Under the pieces are notes generated by a model. The model searched no databases. It was not told the DNA's origin and saw nothing but the letters and a program-made list of their open reading frames with translations. From Neocallimastix sp. 'constans' (Eukaryota): DNA of 64,000 nucleotides. The stretch's first letter is position 1. The number at the start of each line of letters is the position of its first letter. The DNA lies in NCBI GenBank assembly GCA_050613775.1, contig JBODTK010000118.1, forward strand, positions 62,001 through 126,000, read 5' to 3'. This document shows positions 45,880 through 61,064 of the stretch, in pieces. A program made the translations under genes and the position numbers.

Positions 45880-47992
45880 TTTTTTATTTTTTATTTTTAT
45901 TTTGTTTTTTGATTTTGGAATATTTTCATTAATTCAAAATTAGAAGGTTCTAAATCATTTTAAAATTATTACAAATAATAATAATAATAATAAATAATAT
46001 AATAAATAATAAATAATAAATAAATAATAATAAATAAATAATAATAAATAAATAATAATAAATAAATAATAATAAATAATAATAATAATTAATAATAAAT
46101 AATAAATAATAAATAATTAAATAATAAATATTAAATAAATAATAATAAATATTAAATATTAATTATTAATTATTAAATAATAAATAATAAATAATTATAA
46201 TAATAATAATAATTATAGTTTAATATTAATACCAAAAAGTTTAAAAAATAAAAAAATTTAATAAAAGTAAATAATAGTCAATAATTTAATAATTCATAAT
46301 TTATAGTAAACAATAATTAATAATGAACTTAAAAAAAAAAAAAAAAAAAAAATTAACTAATTGTACAATGATTAGTATTAAATAATAATTATAAAAATTT
46401 CAACCATTGTGAAAAGTCAACAGCTATGATATTATAATATTTTCTCACATATATGTAATATTTATGAAAGCCAGCAAAAGAAAAGATTACTTTAACTGTT
46501 TATCCATTTATTATGAATTATATTAAATTTTCATAAATTTTGACATATAAAATATGGATCTATTACACAGAATCATTCGATAATGGAACAAGGTTGAAAA
46601 AAAAAAAAAATATTGACTTATTAATTAATTAAAAAAAAATTATAGATTATAACTTTTTTTTTTCTAATTAATTCTATTAATTATACATTTTAATATTATG
46701 AAGCATTTAATTAGTATTTATTTAATTATTCATTTAATTATATATATATTTATTTAATTATTCAATTATTTTTTATTCAATTATTTAATATTTATTATTC
46801 ATTATTTATTATTTAATATTTATTATTTATTATTAATTATTTAACTATTATATATTATTTAATAAATGTTATTTTCTTTTCATTATTTAACTATTTATAT
46901 GTGTTATTAATAAATATTATAACCTATTTATAGTTTTTAATAATTGAATATTTATTAAATCATTAACATTTTAATTGAATATATATTACAATTTATTGAA
47001 GATATATTTCATAAATTAACAATTAACATTATTAACATTTCAATGACACTATATATTATTCATTTATTATCAATATTATTATAATATATGTTAAAATTAA
47101 TCTTAATTGAAATGTCATAATTTTATCCCTTTTTTCACTTTTTTTCACTGTAGAATGATTTGTTTTAGTATATATTAAATTTTTTATTGACATCTATGAC
47201 GTATATATTAATATTATATTGAAATATATATGTAATGTATATATAAAATAAATTTTCCATTTTTTTTAGATACATTTCAAATGGAATGGTACAAAGAATA
47301 TTAAAAAAAAAGAAAAAGAAAAAAAATTTTTAATTTTTTATTTTTAATTTGTTTTTATTGATGAATATATAAGAAATAAAAAATATATATATCTATATTT
47401 ATTATAGATATATATTATAGATATATATTATAGATATATATTATAGATATATATATACTTTTTTTCTAAAGGTCTTTTTTTTATTATTATTTTATTAATT
47501 ATTGAAAGTATTAATGAGAAAAAAAAAAGTTTTTTCTAAATCAGACTATTAGATACTTTATTTTATGTTAATATGATTGCATTTATCATAATTATTTTTT
47601 TTTGTATATAAAAATAATTGCTTCAGAATCCGAAGGATAGCAATTAAGTAAGATGGCTCTTTTTTTTTTTTTCAGTTATTTATTTATTTATCTATTTATT
47701 TGATAATAACAATAATAATAAATTATCAAAAATAAAGTGTCCTTCTATGATAGTTTGAAAAATAATAATTAAAAAAAATTACTTTGTATTATTAATATAT
47801 AATAAAAAATAAAAAAAAAATAAGCAATAAATTATTTTAAATTCTTAAATATCCTGTGTTAATAATACAAATTATAAATATTTATAGTAAAAAAACCTTT
47901 TTATTTTATTTTTTTATTTTTTTTTTTTTTTTTAATATGAAATATAAAATTCTGATAATTGTCATTCTAATTATTTTATTAAATTATTCAAT

Positions 47993-48345
47993 TATTTATT
48001 ATTTATTATTTATTATTTATTATTTATTATTTATTATTTATTATTTATTATTTATTATTTATTATTTATTATTTATTATTTATTATTTATTTATTTATTA
48101 TTTATTATTTATTATTTATTATTTATTATTTATTTATTTATTATTTATTATTTATTATTTATTATTTATTATTTATTATTTATTATTTATTATTTATTAT
48201 TTATTATTTATTATTTATTATTTATTATTTATTATTTATTATTTATTATTTATTATTTATTATTTATTATTTATTATTTATTATTTATTATTTATTATTT
48301 ATTATTTATTATTTATTATTTATTATTTATTATTTATTATTTATT
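47993..48345. repeat. Heptamer satellite (TTATTAT)n, roughly 50 copies
   Basis: Direct reading; it generates the spurious IIYYLLF ORF 47856-48377. Confidence 0.95.
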
Positions 48346-49179
48346 ATAATTTTTTTAAAAAAAAAAGTTTATTTTAAGTTTAACCAATTTAATAAATACA
48401 TATTTAGTGAATAATTCAATATATATCTATTTCATTTGATTATATATATATAAATATATTATTATTTATTCACAACTACTCATACTCATAATTATTTCTT
48501 CCATAATTACTTTCATATATATATAATAATTAAAAAATTAATAAATACATAAATAATTAGAATTGTAATAATAAATAAATAAATTAATCATTAAATAAAT
48601 AAATAATTAGAATAGTAATAATAAATACTTAATTAAATAAATAAATGAATGAATGTATTAAATATAAAAAAAATAAAGTTTAATAATTTAATAAATAAGA
48701 TAAAGTAAAAGTTTTCTATTTTATTTTTAATTTTAGTTTTAATTTTATTTTTAATTTTTATTTTTAATTTTTATTTTGACAGTTAAATATGAAATGAATT
48801 TTATAATTTAAGGTTAGATAAAGATCTATTTTTAATTTTTTTATTTCTTATGGTGTTCAAATCTATGAAAGATATAAAGACATTAAAGATATTATAAGAT
48901 ATATATTTTTACCTTCATTATATTATATATAGATATAGATAGAAGAATAAATATAAATATAGATAAAGATATAGCTATATGCTATATCTTTATTTATATA
49001 TTTAGTCATATAAATACATCAATAGTAATATATAATCTTAGTGAGTTGAATAGTTATAATCATACTATATTTTAGATATGAGTGGTTGGTAGAACTGTCT
49101 TTTTTTTTTCTCTCTTTCTTTCTTTTGTATTAACCTGCATTCTATATAAAAAAGTAATGTTAGTTACTATAATTTAATG

Positions 49180-49243
<64 letters not shown>

Positions 49244-51873
49244 AAGTTTTATATTATTGTTTAAAGCTTTTATTTAATACTTAAAGTTTATATTTAATCT
49301 TTAAAGTTTTCAATTATTGATATTATTAATTATTATTTCAATTAATGAATATTTATTAAAATAAATAATTAATTTTTTGATATTAAATCATATGATATTA
49401 TCATGACAATCCTACATAAATTTTATCTCATTATAAAAAATTAATTAATTATATTATTAAATAAGGTTTTATACAAATTAAAAAAAAAAAAAAAAAAGAA
49501 AAAAAACTTTAAATTATTTTATATATATTTATCATGTATTCTATTGTTAATATATTATATAATTAGTTAATTCTATTTCAACTGATAATCATATATTTAT
49601 ATCTCTTATTAATTAATTTTAACACAAAGCTAAAAGTTCCATTTATTACAATACATTATTAATATATTGTAATAAAAAGTATATCTAATATAAAAAAAAA
49701 GAAATGATTTAAAGTATAAAATAGAGTTGTCATTGAATCATTTTAAATTATGTAATTTATGATTTATATAGCAATATATTATATTATAAAGGTTCATATA
49801 TTATCTGTTAAAATTTTTTTTTACATCATTATTACTATTAAACATTTTTTATTGAAAAATGTATATTGTATTTTATATTAATAATATATTATAATCCATT
49901 TATCTAAATATAGTTGCTTGTATATTAGCATTACTCTATTTTCATTCTAATTTAAATGTTATTAATTTAATATAAATAAATAGCATTTTTTTATATTAAT
50001 TATTAATCATAAATATACATTATATTGTTAATGACTTCAAATCAATTAATAAAAGTATAAAACTATTTAATAAAACCAGTCTAATAAAAATATATTATTT
50101 ATATATAGAAATTAATATAATCTATTAATTGTATTTCTAACCCTATCTTAAAATTTTATTAAATAAATAAATAATAAATAAATAAATTAATAAATATTAA
50201 TATTAATATTAATAAATAAATAAATATATAAAAATAAATATATAAATTTTTTATTTCAATAATTAAAAACTTTTAAAAAAAAAACTTTTTAGGCATAAAA
50301 GATAAATAATAAAATACAATATACATTTTTATTATATTTTATTATATTTTCTATATTTTATTGATGTCTTTTTTATAATATTTATTTAATATTTATTTAA
50401 TATTTATATATTTTACTTTTTTGTTTTGTTTAATGGTATAAGTAAATTTTTTTAAAGTTTTTTTTTTTTTTTTTAAAAAAAACCTTTTATACATAGATAA
50501 ATGATATATTATTAGTATTATTTTAAAAGGAGAACCTTTTCAAAACATTAAAGGATTTTAAATATTTGATATGAAATGGTTAATCTATTAAAATATTGAT
50601 CTTTATATTATTATTCCATTTAAGTCTTATTATTTTATTTTAGTTTTCTTCTTTTTTATTTTATCCCTTTTTTTTTTTTTTAACTCCATTAATTTTTTTT
50701 TATTTTTATTATTTTATTTCTTATTTTTATGCTTGATACTCATAATCAATAATGAATAAAATAAAAAAAAAGGGAAATATATACATTATATATTATTATA
50801 AATAAATTATAAATAGTACAAAAATCTAGTATTAAATCTATAATATATATAACATATTTTAATGATATAAATAAATAATAAATAAATAAATAAATAATAA
50901 ATAAATAAATAATAAATAAATAAATAATAAATAATAAATAATAAATAAATAAATAAATAAATAAATAATAAATAAATAGATTGAATGTAAAAAAATTAAA
51001 AAAAAAATAATAATTATGAAAAAAAAATAATAATAAAAAAGTAAAAACTGTCATTTTTCTGCTTTTTTTTTCATTTTCAATTTTTCAAAATTTTAATTTT
51101 TTTTTTTCAAATTTTTTTTTATTTTAAATCTCCTCATTTTAAACAAATTAATATAAATTTTAATATAATATATATAGACAAGTATATTAAAATATATTAG
51201 AATATAGGTAACTAAACAATTATAATCTTTTATATAGTATTAATAATATTGTTAATTTATTATCTATTTTATTTTTTAATTTAAATTATATATATATTTA
51301 TATATTTATTTATATATATTAATTTACATTCATTTATATATTTAATTAATAAATTATTTATTTATATTTATTTAAATTTAAATTTATTTATTTATTTATT
51401 AGTATTATATTAATTGTATTCTATATATTAATATTTATTTTTTTTAATTTTTATCCTTTCTTATTTTTATTTTTATTTTTATTTTTTTTTCTTTTTTTAT
51501 TTTTAAAAATATATATATTTATTTATTTATCATTTTAAATTTAAGGAGCTAAGTAATCTTTGTGTTGTTAAATATAAAGGGAAAGAAGAAGAAAAAATAA
51601 ATACTAAATTAAAGAGATAAACTAAAGTATTTATTATTTAATATTTAAAGAGTAACAATATAATAATATTACAATAATTTTTTTACATTTTTTATTTTTA
51701 AATTATTTTTAATCAATTAACTTTATTCAAAATATAAAAACAACAAATACATAATATATATATATTAATAAATTATTTAAAACTTTCAAAAAAAAAAAAA
51801 ATAAAATAAAATAAAATAAGACTATCAATATAAATAAATAAGCAAAGCAAAGAAATAATTTTCCTTTTACATA

Positions 51874-51921
<48 letters not shown>

Positions 51922-52920
51922 AAATGTTATATATTAGATATTTAAAGTGATTTCAATTACAGAGCTTTGATTTATTAATCTTTATTTACCCATATACCAA
52001 AAGAAAAGATCAATAAGTAATTATATATATATATATATAAATATTTTTTTCATTAATTTAATATTATTTATTTATTAATATTGATATTACTTTGAAATTA
52101 AAAATAATTATTCCACTTATATAAATTTTTATAAAATTTCTTTTTAATTAATTAAATTATATATATTATATTATTTGATTAAATAATAAAAATTAATAAT
52201 TAATAATAAAAATTATTAATTTCTTTTATAATTATTACTAATTATAATAGAAATACCATCAAAGAAGATTTTCTTTCTAAAGACTAATATTAAGAATTAG
52301 CATTAAAAAATACATATATGAATGTATTAATATATTCTTATATAACTACTAGCTTAAAACATTAATAATAATATAATTGTAAAATTGTCAAAAATATTTT
52401 TATATAACAAATAATAATATTAAAAAAAACCCTCTTCATTAAGCATCATAATAATATATTTAAATAAATATATTTTTTGTTAGTAGATAATATTAACAAA
52501 AATAGTTGTATCAATCAATATTATGAAAACATTTATGTATATAAGGAGGGAAATAAATCCAAGGGAATAAATCAATTTAATAATAAATATTTATTTGAAA
52601 ATAAGGATTATCATTCAATTCTTTAAATTGTTCCTTTTTCTTAAAAATTTATATATTGTTTTTTATAAATTCATTTCATTGAAGATATATAAAGGAAGAT
52701 AGAAAAAAAATTAATGCATCAATTATATTTTAAAAAAGTTATTGATGATATAGAAAAATAATACAACTTTATAAACTTTGTGAAAAAGAAATCTTGGTAT
52801 TATTTTAAAATAACAATAATAATATATTTATTTATTATTAATAACTTTTTTTATTTTTATTTAATTTAATTACTAAAGTGCTTTTAAAATATAATAATTA
52901 AATGCATTTAGTATTTTAAG

Positions 52921-55900
52921 ATGTTTCTTTATGCTGTTACATGTTTGATTTGGGGTGATGACCCAAATAATACATTTACCATTTTATTTTCAAAGAAAAC
53001 AAATATAAATGATATAAAATTGAAAATTATGAAACATTTAAATTTAAATAATGATATGATAGATAAAATAAAATATTATAAAGTTGATGAGGAACTATAT
53101 TCAAATGATAAAAGATTTAAAATATTAAAAGATAAAGATTCCTTTAAATTAATATCACCTGAACAGTTGTTTGATATAACTAATGTAAGCGATGGTTCTT
53201 CACTGATTGTTAGTTTTACTGATGTGGAAAGTTCTTTTAATAATGAAGACTCCATAGGAGCTATAATTGTATTAGATGAAATTTTAAATAACATGAGAAA
53301 TTTAAATAATAGAAAAACCACTAGTAATATATATTCAGGGAAGAATGCTATCATAGGAAACAAAGATTCATTTAATTCTATTAATGAAATAAATAAACCT
53401 TTTTTTCAAGATGATGATGATGAGAATTATAATGGTGATTATGAAGATGATTTTAGTGAATATGATAATAAGCAATCATTTTATAAAAGTAATATAGGTA
53501 AAAAAGAAAAAATTAAAAAACAAACGTTAAAAAAGAAAAGGGAGGAGAAAGAAAATATAAAAAGTAGAATAGAAAGTAGTAAAAATTATATAGATAATTC
53601 AGGTAAAGATAATGTTTATCTATCGTGTAAAAAACAAAGTAATCAATGTTTAAATTTAAATTCTATTATTACCTCCAATAATATACCAACCCCTACAGAA
53701 GATCTAATAAATATAGGTGAAGCGGTAGCGACCAATAAATATAGTCCTAATAGAAGTAATACGATAACCTGTGACGATTCTATTTCTCCAAATGCAAGTG
53801 ATATTTTAGCGATAAAACAATCGTCACCTCAATCGCTAAGAGATCATCCAATCCAAAATCATCGTATTGATAGTAAAAGTGATATCAATAATAATGAAAA
53901 TTTAAATAATATTAGGATTAGCAATACCCAAAACAATAATATTATTAATACCAATAGTAATAACATTATTAATAACAATACCAATAACAATATAAACAAC
54001 ATTGGCAATAGCCATACTAGTAGCAATACAAATAACCTTAATAATAGTCATAGTAATATTAATAAAAATATCATCAACATTAATAATACTAATACTTATA
54101 TCAATTCTACTAATAACACATTAAATAATTATTTACAAGATATTGGAAAGGAAGATATATTTTTTAATTTAAGTTCAATAAATAAAAATAACAATGGTTT
54201 AATATTAAAGAAAGAAACAATTGAAAAAATAATACCAACAAATCTACCAAATTTACAAACGAAAAGTATAAAGGTTCAACAAGCTAGTAATGATAATTCA
54301 ATTATAGAACCAGTCCTTTCAAATTCTGGTAATTCAATGGAACCTATTCTTTATACCGATTCTATACCAATACAAGAAACCATTATTACTGAAGATGAAA
54401 GTCATTTAAATCCACAAACTATGGATACTTCGTTTTATCCAAGACCTTCATATGTACCTAAAAATAATATAAATCAATTTAGGAATAAAAATATATCGAG
54501 TACAAATGAAGAAAATTCATCCACAAACAATAAACGAAATGAAAATTTTACAGCCAATACAAAAACCAATAATGGGTATGCTCATCCTAGAAGAATATAT
54601 TATCCAGAAAGTGATATAGAAGTTATGGAGTTTGATAAAAGTAATTATCCTTTCTATATATTTTTATTTTTATTTTTTTTTATTTTATAAAAATTAAAAG
54701 AAATTATTTTTTTTTTTTTTAAAAAAAAAATAAATAACGGCAACAAAAATAACAATAACAATAGCGATAACAATGATAATAAAATAATAATAATAATAAA
54801 ACAATGATAATTTATTTCATTTTTTTTTATTTTTATTTTTTATTTTTTATTTTTATTTATTTTATTATTATAAAAAAAATAAATTTTTATATTTGTAAAT
54901 AGAAAATAATTAAAAATTTAAAATTATATTAAATATAATTTATATATAATATAATTTATATACTTTTTTTTTTTTTTTTTTTTTTTTTTATATTGAATAT
55001 ATTTATATAGATCTTAAACCTTCAGCACCATTAGAAAATGAAGTTATTGAATATAATCAAAATTATATTGAAAATAATACCTCAAATAATAAAACAAATA
55101 TTAATCATAATAAATCAAATTTGGAATTATCATTAAAAAATACAATCTCTCCAAAGGTATCTGGTTCAAGTCATAAACCAGTATCTAATTCATCATTAAA
55201 TCGCCACACAAGACCACCATCAATATCAAAATCAATTATATTTGGTGTAGAACAATTTCCTACACCGCCAAAACCTGAGGATGAAGTTGACATTACAAAC
55301 GTTAAATCCTCTCAAACTCAACTAAAATCGACCAAAAATGATGATACAGTAGTACATCAATATTATAGTAGTGAAATGAACGATTTACCTCCATCTTATG
55401 AAAATATAAATCAACAACCTTCTGCACCATCTATTTCTGCACTTAATAGTAATACATCCTTATTAGATAATAATAATATGAATATTGGACCTCCTAATAG
55501 TTCTGCCATGGAAATTCAAAAACCTGTGAGGGAGTTAATAAATTCAGATGATTATAAAAAGCATTCTGATTGTTGTAGTTGTGGTTGTTATCCGTGTAAT
55601 GCATTTAAAACTTGTATGATGGAAAAATTAAACGTTCCTTCAAAATGGGCAGGACTAATGTAAGATTATCGTTTATATATTTAGTGATTTATTTATAATT
55701 ATAAAAATAATAATCATAAAATATGGCTAATAATAAATAATTAATAATAAATAATTAATAATAAATAATTAATACTAAATAATTAATACTAATAATTAAT
55801 AATAATATATTTATTATTATTATTATTTTTTTAATGTTTGTTATTATTTATTATTTATTATTTTTATTATTTGTTATAATTTTTATACTTTAAATTATTT

Positions 55901-57237
55901 ATAATTTATTAATAATTAATGAATTAATGAATTTTTTTTTTTTCTCCTTTATATATATAAATTAAAAAAAAAAAAAAAATTACTAAACATTTTTTAAATG
56001 TTAATATTATAATATATATATATATAAAATCTTATTATATATAAATCTTATCAAATAATATCATCTTAATGTAAATAACAGTAAAGCTTTATGTGTTTTA
56101 TTTTTATTAATCATTTCTGGTTTGATTGTATTCCTAGTTATCTATTTTTCACAAGGTCAAAGTGAAAATCATAAATTAGATTATTCTATTTATACTATTA
56201 CAAAAGTTACTACAACGGTAAGTGGAACAAGTACAATTGCTAAAACATTAATTCATCGACCATTAACTATTGAAGAAAAAGGTGGGCCTTCCCAACCTAC
56301 ACCAAGATCAATTACAAGTAATACTAATGAAGTAGATGATTTTATTATTGAATCCATTAGTAAAAATACTAATGAAGGATTAGTAAGATGGACTATAAAA
56401 GAATTAACTAATCCATATTTAATAACAAGTTATTTTAAACCAAGTCATGAAAATAGTAATAATGATATAGCTTCAGCGTCTTTTCAAGTTAGTTTTGATA
56501 GGATTATAGAAATTAATGATACCATTAATATTAATGATAGTGATAGTTTTTATGATTTAGAAGTTCCAAAAGATAAATTAAATTTCGGTTTTTTCACTAA
56601 TAATGGTGGAAATACAGATATTGATATTACAAAATTTTCTCAATTTTTTGAAGATGAAGCAACAAAGTTAAATGTAACTATAAATTATTTATTTACTTCT
56701 GAACCTGTTGTTATCAATGAACCAAAATATGCTATATTAAATCCACAATCAGCAAGATGTTTAATCGAAATTGAAAATTGGAATTATAAATATAAAAATT
56801 CACGATTTGTTATAAAAAGTGGTATTACTTCAACAGATTTAGTATGGTCGGTGAGAGAGGAAAATGTAATTAATTTAAATAGTTCAGAAGGTAAAATTAT
56901 ATTAAATGATAGTGTTGATACCACACGTAATAATAATGGAACAAATGCTACCCTTAAACTCTATGATGATATTGTAGATTTTGAAGATGAGGGTCCAGTC
57001 AATGTATACTATTTAATAGATAATGTAAAGAAATCAAATTATATATTAGCAGATATTGAAGTTTTAATACGATCAAAAATTTTAGATATTATGACAACAG
57101 AATATGCTCAAAATGTAAATGCACCCGTGGCTTCTTCCTCAACTTCACGATATTCCTTACTTTATTTAAAATTCATTCAAAAGATAGATTTAATTTATCC
57201 ACTATTAATAATCCTTATTTTAAAATTTATTCCTTAA
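52921..57237 (+). CDS. Uncharacterised membrane protein: Crinkler(CRN)-like N-terminal domain, Asn-rich disordered region, PSAP/PPSY motifs, Cys cluster, TM helix, beta-rich ectodomain, hydrophobic C-terminus; 3 exons, ~1174 aa
   Basis: Exons 52921-54640, 55011-55659 and 56082-57237 join three listed ORFs in frame via GT..AG introns (3525 nt). Splicing completes the TM segment ALCVLFLLIISGLIVFLVIYF. Domain names are inferred from motifs. Confidence 0.8.
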
Positions 57238-57686
57238 TAATTTTTTTATTTTTTATATATATTTATTTTTTATTTTTATTCTTATTTAGACATAATTTTT
57301 TTTTTTTTAAAAAAAAAAAAATACTATCAATATTCATTATTTTTCCCATTTGTATATTATAATCATTTAATACATATTTAACTTGAAAGTAAAAAAACAA
57401 TAATAGCTATTATAATAATAATAGCCATAATAATAATAAAAATTTATAATATAAATTAAAATATATTAAATATATAAATTTACCCTAACCTTAATCCTTA
57501 ACTCATTTATCTTCAAGTTTATTTAAAAATAATATATATATTTAAAAAATTATATATTCATATATTTTAAAAGAATAGAAGAAAAAAAAAATGAAAAAAA
57601 AATATAAAAATAATAATAATTATAATAATAATAAAATAGGAATATTAATAAAATAAATGAAATAAAAATAATAATTATATAAGAAA

Positions 57687-57718
<32 letters not shown>

Positions 57719-58042
57719 ACTAATGAAAAAATAAAAAAAAAAAAAAATAATAAATAAAAAATAAAAATTTAATTTTTTTTTTATTTATATTTATTTAATT
57801 TTTTTTTATTTTTTTATTTATTTAATTTTTTTTTATTTTTTATTTATTTTTTTTTTATTATATATAATATATAGTTATTATTGTAATTCTTTATAATTAT
57901 TATTATTATTATTATAATTATTTTTATTTATTATAAATTTATATTATAATATTATTAATTTTTATTATTTTAAAATTATTGAACTATTTTTTATTCAATT
58001 TCTATTAATATTTAAAAATACATATATATATATATATATATT

Positions 58043-58093
<51 letters not shown>

Positions 58094-58205
58094 TCTATTC
58101 TAACATATTATTTATTATATAAATACACAAAGTGCTTTTTAAATTAATTTAAATATTAAATTATTTTAAAATATCGAGAAAAACATATATACTTACATAC
58201 ATACA

Positions 58206-58241
<36 letters not shown>

Positions 58242-58271
58242 AGAGAAAAATTATAAATAAAGATAATTATA

Positions 58272-58306
<35 letters not shown>

Positions 58307-58639
58307 ATTAATTTACGTTTAATAGACTGACATTTATCATTTTTACTATTTTTAACTTTTTTTTTTTTTTTTTTTTTTAAAAATTTTTTTATTATTTAAA
58401 TTTATATTATATATATAATATATATATTTTTGTTTTTGTGCACTATATATTATTATTATTTTACCTTTAATGGTAATTTTTCATTATTCAGCATCAACTG
58501 AATTAAAATAACTTTTATCATATGTATTTTGGAGTATTTGTCTTAATATTTAATATTTTATGTCTTTTGTTGCTCTATGTCAATTTTTCTTTTTTCTTTT
58601 TTTTTATGTAGTCATTTTACTTCTCAATTCTTCTTAGAA

Positions 58640-59690
58640 TTTGATGATAATGAAGAATTAAGTTCTAAATGAAACAGTCAATAAATTTATTGAAACTGGC
58701 TAATAAAGTTGGTGATAAAGTTCATGCTAGAGTTCCTTGTGATCTTAAAGGCTCAGCTTTCCACTGCCCTTTTTATATTAAGAAACTTCTTCATGAAAAG
58801 CATAGTGTATTTTATAAATCAAAAAATTTTCTCTACTTCGTTAAGCATTTTAAGGGACAAGTAGGGTAACTTTTTTTTATTTTCTTATTTGAATCAATTG
58901 AAACGATTTACTGAACATTATAAAAAAAAAAAAAAAAAAAAATACTGAACATTATAGTGAACCAGCTTCCGATGTTACTCAACATAGTCTGGATAATGAA
59001 TAATTGAATAATGGGTAAAATTTATTTGGAATTAAACCTAATAATAATCCTACTTGGGATATTAATGATCCTATCAGGAAGAAATACAAAACACTGTGCT
59101 TGATATGAAAAATAATAAAGCTCCTGGCTACGATGGTATTCCGATTGAATTTTTTCTTTTTTTTTTTTTTTTTAAAGCTTTCGTTAGTAAATCTGATTTA
59201 TTCGATAATCAAGATGATTTTTCAGATATTCACTACTCTGATTGTGCTAAATGTTTAACTTTCATTATTTAACAAAATCTGGGATGGTGATTTCCCTGAA
59301 GAGTGGAATTCGGGCTTCTATAATATCAATTCCAAAAAAAAAAAAAAAAAAAAAGATGATCTTTCAGATGACAATAATTTTCTTGGTATTTTCTCTTATT
59401 AATGTTGACTTAAAAATCATTTCAAAGATTGTTACTAATAGAATTGCTAAATATGCCTTAGACCATAATTTTGTTAGACTTGAACAATTTGGATTTAGAA
59501 ATAAAGAAGAATGTAATAAGTTTATATATTTCAATTAGAAAAATATGTCAAAGAAGAATTATTTTAAGGAAATTTTACTTATCTTGCTTTTTTTTTGATC
59601 TTAAAAAAAAAAAAAGCCTATGGATTCAGGACCTATCTTTAATATTTTGACCAAATTATATATCTTAGGAATTAGAGGTAAATGTCATCT

Positions 59691-59731
<41 letters not shown>

Positions 59732-61032
59732 GAACCTTTATCTATCCTCTAAAGCTCGTGTTTTTTTTTAATGGTAATCTCTCAGAAGAATTTTCGATTA
59801 GACAAGGATACCCTCTTTCTCCTATTTTATTCAATTTGTTCATTAATGATATACTGGGATAATTGTGATAAGTAGGGTATATATTTATAATCTCAATATT
59901 GTTGTGGTGGACTTTTTTGTGGATGATATTGTTTTAGTTGCTTCATCTAAAGCAAGCTCTTATGAAAATTTTGAATAAGGTTCATGAATGGGCTATTAAA
60001 AATGAAATGACTTTTGGAATTAATAAGTGTGCTACTCTTGTTGTAAAATCGATTATTTTTATTAAAACCGATAAATTACAAAGATCCATCTTTCTTTATT
60101 GGTAGTAACAAATTTACCTAAAACTAACAGCTATACTTATCTTATCTTGGTATTCCTTTTGATGAATCTTTATCATTGAAACCTATACAATCCAAATTTA
60201 AACAGTAATTTAAATGTCGAATTAAATTCGTACTTTCGAATTTCTTATTAATAAATCTATTCCTCTCCCATTTGAAGAAATATGCTTTAATTTCATTTAT
60301 TCTTAGTCTTGGTCTTGTTTTATTTTATGCTCCTCTCTTTAGGTTCAAATAAGAGCAGATACTCTAAAGCTCACAAAAAAAAAAATTATTAATAGAGAAC
60401 TTTATTGGAGTTATGGATTTAAATCTCAGTAATTCTTATGATAGTCTCTATGATATTACTTGTGAATTGAGAATACCTTCTCTTTCAGCTGTCTGTACTA
60501 TATCTCAATTACGTTGCTTTAGAAAATGGAAAAATTCATTATGTAATTATTAATCATCTCACTAATAATATTCCTATTATGTCACGTTACTCATAGACTA
60601 AAAGAATCAAGGACTTTGGATAAGAAATTAAATGGTAAAAAAAATCAAGTGAGATAAAAAAGTTTTATTGGGAAAGTGATGTCTTCAAACCTTCAAAAGC
60701 TAAAAAAAAAGCAATTATTTACAAGGAGAATGATTTTGCATTTATTTCAAAAAAAAAAAAATCAAAAACTTAACATTTCATTATCCTAAGTATCAATTGG
60801 GATTCTTTTTGGATTTCTCGAATTACGTGTGGTTTTAAATTTGACATTTAGTATTTTTATTAAAAGAAAAATAGTCTCAGAAGATTGCCCTAAATGTTGC
60901 CCATGTTGTGGTGTTATTGTACCTAGCTTTTCTCACTGGAATCTTTGCCTGTAAAGAATTGGAAAATTACAGAAATAAATCTTTACCTTTTCTAGATGAT
61001 CTCTTTTTTGAAGTTTGCCATGATAATTGAAC

Positions 61033-61064
<32 letters not shown>

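Noticed and set aside
47616..47672. Hairpin AATTGCT-TCAGA-ATCCGAAGGAT-AGCAATT followed by poly(T), faintly like SRP helix 8 or a Pol III RNA
   Set aside because: No GNRA tetraloop in register, no surrounding structured body, and poly(T) is ubiquitous here.
52797..52920. Possible 5'-UTR intron ending immediately before the ATG at 52921 (GTATTA...TACTAA...TAAG|ATG)
   Set aside because: Plausible but untestable without transcripts; I found no open upstream coding exon.
57481..57504. Telomere-like CCCTAA CCTTAA TCCTTAA
   Set aside because: Only one exact unit; compatible with chance.
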